DNA from: Zygnema circumcarinatum SAG 698-1b
Taxonomy: Eukaryota; Plantae; Zygnematophyceae
Reading direction: 5' to 3'
NCBI GenBank assembly: GCA_037447605.1
Contig: CM074817.1
Location: 682,001-746,000, forward strand
Length of the DNA: 64,000 bases
This document shows, piece after piece, positions 35,501 to 46,203 of the stretch. Below the pieces are notes generated by a model. The model was not told the DNA's origin. It did not search any database and saw nothing but the letters and a program-made list of their open reading frames with translations. Position 1 is the first letter of the stretch; each line of letters begins with the position of its first letter. Position numbers and translations under genes: made by a program.

Positions 35501-37834
35501 TTTTCGGATCCGTTGGGAGGAGAAGAGGGAGCAGAACCTTCGAATCCTTATAACGGAAGGAATTCGCAGCATGTGTCGGACGTTCCGTCGCACACAACGG
35601 TGGTGCAGGTGGAGGAGAGGGGGGAGGAGGTGGCTGCAGAGGGAGAGGCGGACCTCTCTCTGCCAAAAAGACCTCCAGTGATCAAAGTGGATAGACATGC
35701 TAGGGAGTTTTCTGGACAATTATACGCGGTAAAGTGCCACACTAACACTTGGGGTATGAAATTATATAAATCATTATTATATTCTGGATAGCATGGTGAC
35801 GATGAGGGAAGGGAGAGCGATCGGTGAGTGGAGAGGAGGGTGGAAGAGAGGGGGAGAGCGAGTGAGTATCAGTGTATCAGTGCCAAGTATCAGTGTTTGT
35901 AGTGAGTGAGAAAAGTTGAATTTTTCACTTCCGTATGAGTTCCATTCAAACGATCTGCACCTTCTATACATGTAGAGCCCACTCTTGATATTGTGGGGGA
36001 AATAAGGCTCAGGATGTGTTGTATTTGCGTCGTAATTTCAGGGTTTCAATTCCTTTTTTGCAGAATTCGTATGTTGTTACACCCTCGGCACCTGAATATC
36101 CACGCTTCCCTGGGCACGTAAGTGATAATCTTTCTGCCTTGGTTGGAGCAGTAGAGAAAGTGGCTGATTATAATGTAAAACATTCAGTCCGTAAATAGAG
36201 GAAGAAACTGCTCCTCGATGCATTGAACAGGTGTGACGGGCCGAATCTCGATGTACAAGTGACTTTGGACACCTGCGGATTTCCATGCTTCAGTCAGCCG
36301 TAGTTTCTGTCTAACAGATCCCACTGTAACGAAGTGCAGGTAAACGAGTTGGCAACAACTGCCCGTCCGGCTCGAGTGGTGGAAAGTGTCGCTGCCGACG
36401 ATGACATGGATGCGCAAATGGAGATTAGCGCCATTTACAGGTATGCCCCCTACTCTCCCCCCTCACTCACTCACTATCTCTGACTCTCTCTCCCTTTCTC
36501 GAACCCTCTTATCCCTTTCTTTTTACCCTTTCTCTCCCTGCTTCTCTCATTCTCTTGCACTCTTGCCTCCTCGTCCCCCCTCCCTCACCCCCGCCCCCCC
36601 TCTCATATTCTCCTCTATTTCTTGTGCACTCTCACTTTTTCCACTCCACTGAAAGCTATCAACTTTATCCGCATAACATTCCACGATGTACAGCATTTAG
36701 GCTACTTTTCTGCGACCTACTCGTCAAATTTCCCTGAATCCAGCATCCAAACTCCTCCGGCCCTCCCCCCACCCCCTTTTTTTCTCTCTCTCTCTTTCAC
36801 AGCCTTGCGACGGGAGGTATCAGCATTCCCAATTCCGGTCTTCTCTCTGTCCCTTCCTCCGCCCCCATTCGTCTCTCCTCCCTCTCTCCTCTCCAAAGCG
36901 CTTTCTCTTCCTTCCGACTCATCGCGGAAACTGCCCAAAATTCCATTCAGCTTCACGGCAGCTCCGTTATTTCAAGCACTGTTGCTTCCCCTCGAATTGT
37001 AACGGAATCTCAGCATGGAGAGAAGGCCCAACTTGAACCAAGTTATGGGCCCGGAGAAGGAGAAGCTACCACGGAAACTGAGCTGAGGAGGGGCCGTCCT
37101 CCCACTGTCTCACTACCGCAAATGGGACCCTCTCTCTCACAAAACGGGCGACCCTCTCTCATAACACCTGGTGAGGTCTTCAGATCCATAAAATCCAACT
37201 CTCTTCACTCTAATGATATGAATTGAACACCCGAAGGCCACTTGTTTAGTTGCAGATGGATAGTTATTTGTAATGTGTGGTTTTTGTGCTGATGTCACGA
37301 GTATACATTGACGACTGTACTTTTCCCTTCCCTGTGCAGCCCGCTTGGATCTTACCGAAGAAGAGATGAACTTCGAAAACTTCAGGTGCGATCACTTGTA
37401 CCTCTTTTGATATTTCAACGGTTTAATTAATTCCGAGAGTTGGAGAGTTTTTAGGGTTCTCAAAAAAGTCTCGCCTAAATCCAGGCTTCATGATGCCCCT
37501 TCATGGGGCTTACTTTACACGCTCTTCGTTCATTGCTCAAGTTTCAATACCCCTAAATCCCTAAAATTCCAAATCCCGACACTGACATTTTCCCGATATG
37601 CGGCAATTCAGGACGTACATGACAAGCCGAATTGTCTATTCGGACACAGCGAGCCTCTCTGCGAAGCCCAAATTCGACCTCAAACGGCCTCTTTGGGACA
37701 ACCACATGTTCGCTTTCGTGAATGGACTTTTCCTCGTCGGCCTCGCCGCGGGCGGCACGCTGTACACGGTCTTCCTGGCCACAAATCGCGACTGGTTCGG
37801 AATCCATGCTGGGCAATCCTTCTCGCTGCACTGA
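29502..37834 (+). CDS. Cellulose synthase-like GT2 processive glycan synthase, bacterial BcsA-like type
   Basis: Two N-terminal TMs, then YPSVDIYVVCYNEP, VLDDGRR, HHAKAGNIN, VLDCDM, FLQSPQ|DFYN, CVGTGVIFRRDAL, SITEDY, QRLRW (D,D,D,QxxRW), further TMs and a long C-terminal tail ending ...GIHAGQSFSLH* at 37834. No plant P-CR/CSR domains or zinc finger. C-terminal exon borders are uncertain. Confidence 0.88.
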
Positions 37835-38780
37835 GTTGTTACGGCGGGGAGGATAGGGAGATACGGATTTCGAGTTAGGGCTCCGCATCGCAAGGTGCAG
37901 CTCTGATAGGCCATGCACGAGGGAACTTGTTTGTTTGCTGTGTTTTATTGTCATTGTGGAGGAGGAAATGGGGCGAATAGGTATTCTACTTTTGTGGCCC
38001 ACATTGGTTCAGATAAGTTAATATATTTGTAAATAATTTGATCATATTCTCTCTCACTCTCGCTCCCTCTCTCGCTCACTGTCTCTCTCTCCCTTACTGT
38101 TTGTTTTCAATTATGTGCCACCCATTCAATGCCAGTTCCTGTCGACTTCCTGTATGAGAAAACTCTTGAATGGAAAACATCCGAGTAACAGGACATTTTT
38201 GAGTGGCATTGGATCTTTCAAAGTTACCGAAGTTACATCCCTTCTTCAACCACATGCCTGTGTGGCCTCAAATACCATATGCTTTTTGGTGTTTTCGTAA
38301 GAGGCTGGTTGACTTCACTAAAGGGACGCATTCCTTTAACAAGTCGAGGTGACTTATGTACATAAACTAAACCTAATGTCTATCATCTTAGTCAAATTAC
38401 ATTGACCTCCAGACTTTCGCTTGATGAAAACGACGTGTTCAGTACAGGAAGTGTGCCTATCGAGGTGAGGCTTTTATTATGAAACAGAGTAAGGAGAGCA
38501 CACCTGGAAAGAAAACGAGTGGGTTCCCTTGCCCTTCACCTCCCTAACACTCTATTCCTTCCTTTCCTAGCAAGCTCTCAACTTGCATTACAACAAAACA
38601 TGCTCAAAACTTTTCAAGTCAGCTTTTTCCCTGAATCTTCAATATTAACGCCGTAGTCACTGAGCTCACATGACGACGCCATCAAGTGTACGTGGACAAA
38701 CCCAGCATGTAGAACCAATGTGAAACGGTCACAAAATGACCTACGAACGAATGAAAGCCAATATAAAAATGAGCAGCAAC

Positions 38781-41700
38781 TTACGCCCCATGAGATGGCT
38801 CACACATTTCGAGCCCTTCATTTTGACATTCAGTGGGGAGTTGCGAAACGCAGGCTCGAGACGAGGAGTCGTAGACCGCTCTCCTCCTCACGAGGGGCGG
38901 CGATATTGGCGCGACGTTCCTATAGAGAGCCTCGAGGCGGAGGTTAACCTCGTGCATGTTCGGCCGCCTATGGCCGCTCTTCTCTGTGCAGTGCCGCGCG
39001 ACTTCCGCAAACTCTAAAATGTGCTTCATGTGGTACGACGCGCCCTCCAAAAGAGGGTCCACAATGGAGGGGACGCCGCCCCCCCTCAGTGCAGGCCTTG
39101 CCTGCAAGATAGGGTTTGTTGCAATTAATCAGTGGGGGAAACGGTTTGATGTTCCGACTTTTTGGGTTGCGGTAAGGAGTATATCAAAATTTGAAAAAAC
39201 GATTCAAAGCTTTTCATCGTTTTACTGTTTGGAGTTTTGAGGTCTCTGTGCGTTGTGCATTTACAGGAGCAGGGCTCGGAGGGGACTGTTCTTCGTTTTC
39301 TGCTGTTTCTTAGATTCTGTGCTTTAGAAAAAAACAACTGAAGTTGAAACCATATAATTACTAAAAATAAATTTGAAATAAAGCAGAACTGTGTAAGAGC
39401 TTACCCAGTCCGCGAGAGTGATGAACTGGCAACCAGGAGGGATGACGTGGCAGCCGGGATGGAGGCCTTGCTGCTTGCCGCCCGGCGGGCAGCCGAAAAT
39501 ATTTTCGGGAAGAACATTCATGTTGGCGTCCACTAAGAGGACGGGCTTCTTCCCGGTCAGAAGCTCAAGGAGAACAACCCCAAAGCTGCAGGCACCGAGC
39601 GATGATAGGAAAGTAAAAAACGCGGGAGGGAGCAGAGCAGAATAAAAAATCCATAAAATGCTACAGTATCCCTAAACCTGAAAACTACATCCTCAACCCT
39701 AAACTGTAGAGCGCAAACAATGGACCCTAAACCCCAAACCTTGACCCTTACGTCCTCCTCCATACCCTAAACGAAACGCCTAAAAACTCTACGTCCTCTG
39801 AACCTCCCCTCACCCCCCTTCCCCCCTTCCCCCCTCCCCCCTTTCCCCCTGTCCCCCCTCCCCCATCCCCCCCTCCCCCCTCCCCCCTCCCCTCCTCCTT
39901 ACCTCCCCCCCTCCCCCTCCCCCTCCCCCTCCCCCTCCCCCTCCCCTCCTCCCCCTTCTCCCCCCTCCTCCCCTCCTCCCCCCTCTCTTCCCTCTCCCCC
40001 CTCCCCCCCTCCCCCTCCCCCCTCCTCCCCCCTCCTCCCCCCTCTCCCCCTCTCCCCCTCTCCCCCTCTCCCCCTCTCCCCCTCTCCCCCTCCTCCCCCT
40101 CTCCCCCTCTCCCCCTCTCCCCCTCTCCCCCTCTCCCCCCTCCCCCCCTCCCTCTGCTGCGGTCACCCACCTGTAGACGTCGATCATGGCGGACACCTTG
40201 TGCGTGGCGACGTACTCGGGGTCGATGTATCCGCGCGTGCCCCCCAGCGCGTCCGTGTACAGACTCGCGCCGCCCGCCGGGACCAACTTCGACAGCCCGA
40301 AGTCCGCCACGCGGGCCTGAACCGCACCAACCATTGGTAGAGGAAAAAACAAAGGGAGGGAGAAGAGAGATGAGATGGGGTCGAGGAGAAGCGTAGGGTT
40401 ATGATGATTATTAGTTATCGATTTTTAAAAACCTTGATGATTTAGATGATGAAACACCTGCTGCATACCTCCATCTTCTCGTCCAGTAGGATGTTCGGCG
40501 ATTTCACATCGCGGTGGACGCATGTTCCGAGGCTTGTTTGGTCGTGAAGGTATGCGAGTCCCCTCGCCGCCGTGGCCGCAACTTTGAGTCGATACTCGAT
40601 GCTCAAAGGAACGGAGGGAGGGTTCATGCCGTCACCTATGCCTCCAAAAAACGTTATTTTTGGGTGCTACGGTTTGAGCGTGGTAGAGTTAAAAGGCTGA
40701 AGAGTTTGAAAGGGATTAGTGGCCATGGGGTGGGTATGCACGTTGAGGTTAGAGGGTGAATTCTGAGGTTTGGGAGTCTGCATGCCAGCATTAAAGTGTT
40801 TAGGATTTTAGGGTTGGCATAATCACCGTGGATCCAATATGCGAGGTCTCCGTTCGGCACATATTCGTACACCAGAATCTGCTCGCTTTCATGTGAACAC
40901 CAGCCTATGAGGGAGACCAAATTTCGGTGGTTCATTCGCCAAATCAAGAGCACCTGCAGCAAAGTTAGATTCTTTTACTCAATATCAACTCATGTGTCCT
41001 CGAAAGCGTTGACGTGGGAGCATACACGCATTTCTGTGCCAAGCCGTATAATCCCAGCCGCAGCATTTACCATCCCTTGACGACTTAAGCTAAATTCCTT
41101 TTTCGGGTTCTAGAAGGTAGAAATATAAGCCACAATTTTCCGTATTCTACTTTCAAGTTGTGAGTTCTGCCATAACTCGATTGCTTCCCAGAGTCTTGAA
41201 GTTCCCTTAACTGAACCCACAACACCTTGAACTCCTGAAGCATGATTACTTCAGTCCCACAACAACCCCTCACAACTCTAAAAAAAAAGTACGGAATTCA
41301 TGAGGGTTCAGGGCTGAAGGCTACCTCTCTCTCAAAGGCCTCCCTCCCGCTGCGCGTTCCCTTCTTGGCACGCTTGACGGCCCACGCCTCTCCCTTGGGC
41401 CCCGAAGCGCGGTACACGGTCCCGAACCCGCCGTCGCCAATTTTTTGATCCTCGGAAAATTTCTCAGTGAGCTGCAGAACCTCCCCAAAGGAGAAGCTGC
41501 GGGGACCCTCCGAGGCAACCTGCACTACGAGGGGGTCGACGGAGGGGGTAGAGGCGCCTGGTGGAGGGGCAGAGAGGGTACCGTGTGTGTGAGAGAGAGT
41601 GGGAGTGAGGGAGGGAGGGACGAAGGAAGGGGAGACGGAGAGCGAGAGGGAGAGAGGGGGGGAGAGCGGGAAAGGGAGAGGGAGAGGGAGAGAGAGAGAG

Positions 41701-42340
41701 AGGAGAGGGCTGAACAGAGAGAGCGATACATAAATACCCGGAATGCAACCATTTTAATCCCAAAGAAAATTTTCTAACAGAAAATCAAGCAATGACAAGA
41801 ATTCAGTTCAGTTATTAATTAGTTACTAATTTTCATCACTTGCTTCATCATCATCCCTTTGAAATTTAAATGTAAATACCAGGGACTCGGGAATTGGTCA
41901 TGTTCGCACCACCGTCACCGATCCGATTTCCTTTCAGCCTGAACGGAAAACTAGCGTTAATAAGCCATGATGCCTCTCGCCTGCGACTCGTCCGCCGCAC
42001 CCACCAGCAAAGGAAGAGCGCTACAATCAACGCTATCAGCACCACACCTCCCACCAATTCCAACACGCCAAAGGGCCCGAGAGTAAACCCACTCCCGTCT
42101 TTTGTGGGAGGAGGAGGAGGCGGGTATGGAGGAGGAGGAGGGGGGGGACGAGGAGGAGGAGGGGAAGGGTATGGAGGTGGGGGAGAAGGAGGGGGAGGAG
42201 AGTAGTTGGGGAGGATGCAGGGTCCTGCTTGGCAGCCGGGACCGCAGGAGTTGAGATCGAGGCCACAGTGGCTATCGGGCGAGCAGCAGGCGAGGGGCGA
42301 ACAGGGGAAAGAGGCGTTGCAGGATAAAAGGTCCAGAGCC
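38781..42340 (-). CDS. RLK/Pelle receptor-like kinase with hevein (CBM18/chitin-binding type 1)-like and extensin-like ectodomain; 5' end probably extends to about 42917 or further
   Basis: CNASFPCSPLACCSPDSHCGLDLNSCGPGCQAGPC (8 Cys), SPPPP/YPPPP tract, TM LVGGVVLIALIVALFLCWWV. Kinase motifs IGDGGFGTVY, AVKR, HRNLVSLIGWC, HRDVKSPNILL, DFGLSK, GTRGYIDPEY, DVYS|FGVVLLELLTG, RRPNMHEV. Confidence 0.9.
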
Positions 42341-43032
42341 TGAAGAAGCACGCGCTTCATAGGCATTTTATGAGAGGTAAGGCGAGGAAGGGAGAGAGAG
42401 AATACGAGAGGAAGGGAAACGTGTCTTTGTGAATGTCTCGTCAGAGGGACGGAGCGGCTTGACAGACGCGTGAAAGGAGAAACTGAAAGAGATAGGGAAA
42501 GAAAGAGAGGGAGAGAGAGGGAGAGAAAGACAGAGAGAGGAGGAGGAAGAAAGGGAGCGGGAGAGGAGATGGAGAGAAGAGGATCCATGGCGGCGGTGTC
42601 CTGTCGGGCGAGTGACGCGACATGCGACCGGCGGGTGGCGCCGACGAGGGGGAGCGCGGCCTCGAGCGGACCGGCCACGCCCCGGAGCGCTTCCCGGCTC
42701 CATGCATGCACAGGCAGGCAGGCAGTTCTACGGAGCGTGGGCTTTCTTGTCGAAGGACAACGCTAGGGATCGCGCACACCACAAACTTGCACAACAACAC
42801 AGCACCTATCAACACCGTGAAGCACAACAATGGTGCTGTCGTCCATGGGAAGGCTTCACATATTACTGCTATTTGCTCGATTGGGAATGTGTAGTAGTGT
42901 TGATGTAGGAACACCACCTACGACGCATCTAGTTACTACAACAATCTTACGTATGTGCATGTTAGTTGCCATGTGTTGTTGCCTTTGTCGTTGCAGATGT
43001 TATCAAAGTTTTCAAGTAGTATCAAGTAGTAT

Positions 43033-43141
<109 letters not shown>

Positions 43142-43193
43142 AGTAGAGTTGGGAACGACTAGAAGAAATTCGTCACGTCATGGAATGGGAGAG

Positions 43194-43241
43194 TTCCAGT
43201 TCCAGTTCCAGTTCCAGTTCCAGTTCCAGTTCCAGTTCCAG
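43194..43241 (+). repeat. (TTCCAG)8 microsatellite
   Basis: Perfect hexanucleotide run, read directly. Confidence 0.95.
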
Positions 43242-43420
43242 TTAGTGTTCTGTTGCGCAGACCATGGCGATCCCGTTCTACTGCGACGGGCTGCCCCCTC
43301 AAGTGCCCTCCGACCGTCCTCCGCAGCCGTCCGATCTCCGCAAACGGACAAACAGTCGGATCGCCTGTCCTTGGGAGGCGCAATCCGGTCCGCCGACTCT
43401 TTCGATCACTCATGACCTGC

Positions 43421-43493
43421 CACGTGTAGACACGTGACGATTTGTTCGTACGTACCACGTGCACACATGTACGGCATATGTACAAATCAGTAC
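43421..43493. promoter_or_regulatory. Putative bidirectional promoter core: three G-boxes plus five GTAC (SBP/CuRE-like) cores
   Basis: CACGTG at 43421, 43431, 43456; GTAC at 43448, 43452, 43469, 43480, 43490. Lies between the minus-strand RLK and a CT-rich leader that runs toward urease. Confidence 0.5.
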
Positions 43494-43590
43494 GAATCTT
43501 ACAATCGTAAAAATTTGGACTTCTGACAGTCGGCACGGCCTTCCAAGAGCTGCTTGCGAAATTGCAGAGGCTCTCTCTCGCTCTTTCTCT

Positions 43591-43630
<40 letters not shown>

Positions 43631-43685
43631 CTCGTTCTCTCCCCCTTCCCACTCCCGCTGCCATGGCGGGCGTGTGAGAGAGGCC

Positions 43686-45562
43686 ATGCCTGCTTACCTG
43701 GACTGTCCTTCCTCCAAAGGGAGCGCCGGTTTGCTGTCGCCCGCTGACCTTCTGCAGCTGCTGCACGCTGAAGGCGTAGCAGGATCCTCCACCTCTGGTG
43801 TCGAGGTGCTAACCAGACGCTGCCCTGTATAGTTTGACGCATTTTTTATCTTCTCACTTTCGTCTCTTCTTTCTCTTTTGTTTGTGTTCTGTCAGCCGTC
43901 AGACTTACAAGGTGGTCTTTCCGCTCTTGAAGCTGAATCATGCACAGTTGTGCGGCTGAGCAAGCTGCATTCTTTTGTCCATAATAGTCAGGGTTTCTAG
44001 TCAATTCTTCAATCTGTAGTCACTCTGATCGTGCGCCTCAATCGGCAGTTTCTGTCGTTCTGTTTCTCCTGTTGTTCAACCTCCTGATGCCATTGAAATC
44101 CTCTGCATTAGTCGATTTACTATCTGAATTCATGAAGGAAAGCTTGCATTGCTTTTTATAGATGCTTGCAAATTAATTCCTCCATTTTCCAAATCTTATA
44201 ATTGTATTTCAAATGTTGAATGTGGCAGGACCTCCGCCGATCAGTGGACAGGCAGGCAGCAGGAACCCCCTGCACCTTCCCGGTAGCTTCGGGGGGCAGT
44301 CGGAGGAGAGCTCCGCGGCACCGCAGGAAGCACGCCCCGCGCTCGCGGCGCTGCCCTCGGGGCTGGGCTGTGACGCGACAGGTGGGAGGGAGGGAGGGGA
44401 AGGAGGGAGGGAGGGAGGGAGGAAGGAGGGAGGGAGGGAGGGAGGGAGGCAGGGAGGGAGGGAGGGAGGGAGGGCGGGAGAGAGGGGAGGNNNNNNNNNN
44501 AGGGCGGGAGAGAGGGGAGGGAAGGAACTGGGAGGGATGGGCGGAAGAGGGAAGGTGGGACGGAGGGAGGGAACGGAGGGACGAGGGACGCCAGAAGGGA
44601 GGGGAGGGAGGGTGCGGCGAATGGGAGGGAAGGAGGGAGGGAGGGAGGGAAGGAGGGAGGGAGGGAGGGAGGGAAGAGGGGGGGGAAGACAATGGGGTCC
44701 CGAGGGGAGCAAGTCGGAGGAAAAGAGGGGAATGGAGAGGGAAGAGAGATAGAGACGGAGGTTTTGAAGGAAGCGGGAGAGATGCGGAGAATTGTGGAGA
44801 GAGGCATTAACAAAAGCTCTTTACCAAGTTGCTGATAATTTTTGCCTTTTGTTTGAAAAAGCCCATAATTGAGGCGGAGGTTGGCAGAAACTTTGCAGCT
44901 GTGTCTGACACTCTTGAATGAGCTTCTCTTTTGCTCTGCTTTGCAGTATCCAGATCTCAATTGCACAGAAGCGTTCCCACTTCTAACGGTATGAATACAT
45001 TGACCCAAGGATATCTTGAAAAATATGAAAAACAAAACATAACGTATGAATGGCTTTTTCTCATTTGCTTGTAGGTCAGTTCAGCGTTTCTTGGAGGCCT
45101 TTAGAGACCGCATCTGCCTTTCACGTCATATTCCCTGTCTCGCCCACTTCCTGTCTCACTCCTGCTGCCTTTTCCTCTTCCTCTACTGCTGTCTTCTTCC
45201 CTGCACTTTTATTCTCACGCCCTTTTCGCCCTTCTCTCCCTCACCCCCTTCCCTCACCTCTCCGCACGTTCCCTCAACTTCTCCACCCTCTCTTGCTTTC
45301 CCATGGTTCCCATCTCGAGTCCTCTCTCCCTTCCTCGCCTTCTTTCTCCAGATCCTTTCTCCCCTCTCCCCTAATGCCCATTTCCTCTCCTTACCTCGCT
45401 CAATGCACGAGTTCTGCCATGAAGGACATCTATTTGTTCTCGTCTTCTCCTTCATCTTCCGCTATTTTCCCCTTTTACTGTTGTGCAGCCTATTCCAGAA
45501 GAAGAGGGAGACTCTCCCGCACCAAGTTCTGCTGCTCGTGTGGTCCTGAAACTATCCCTTAG
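43686..45562 (+). other. Putative spliced orphan ORF or multi-exon leader upstream of urease
   Basis: Phase-consistent GT-AG chain 43686-43805 | 43896-43911 | about 44229-44381 | about 44947-44988 | about 45488-45562, giving about 135 aa (MPAYLDCPSSKGSAGLLSPADLLQLLHAEG...GPETIP*). No family recognised. Confidence 0.3.
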
Positions 45563-46203
45563 TCCTGTGGCTTCGGTTTTTAGCAGCATTCCGCCAGGTA
45601 CAAATAAATATCAGATTGAGGCCACATCAAGCACTCGAAAGATCGCAGCTAAGACCACAACTTTTGCCTCGATTGCTGCACATCGGAACCGAGAAGTTCC
45701 ATTGGTCCAATACTCCAAGGCCTTATCCAGGAAAGTCGTCTTTTTCCGACGTCCGGTTCTGACTCCAAGGCGAGCTTCAAGGGTGTTCTTTAGGTGAATT
45801 CTGATCTCATACCTGACCTTGTTTACTACTTGTTCGTTTGAATGAACTGAAATTCGATGTGGAATTTGCCGATAGCAGGTGAATCGTGTTCATTGGTTTT
45901 CAGCATTAAAAGCGGCTATGATTATCTCGACAAGAAACTCAACGAGTTTTTTATATTTTCCGTGTGTTACAGGTACCCAGTCGGTCCTTTCGTCTCGAGA
46001 AGAAAACACTCTTCAGAACGGATAACTCTCGTTCGACTTCTCTCCTCTTCGTCTGTAACGACTCTTATCTGTCGAGATACTGATTTCAACAACAGACTGC
46101 AAAGATCTGGTCGCCGTCTTTCACTTCAGATAGGAGGTCAGGGGTGGTGAATGCAAGCTTGTAGCTGTCAAAACCCTAAATTCTGAGGTAACAAGTCTTC
46201 ACG

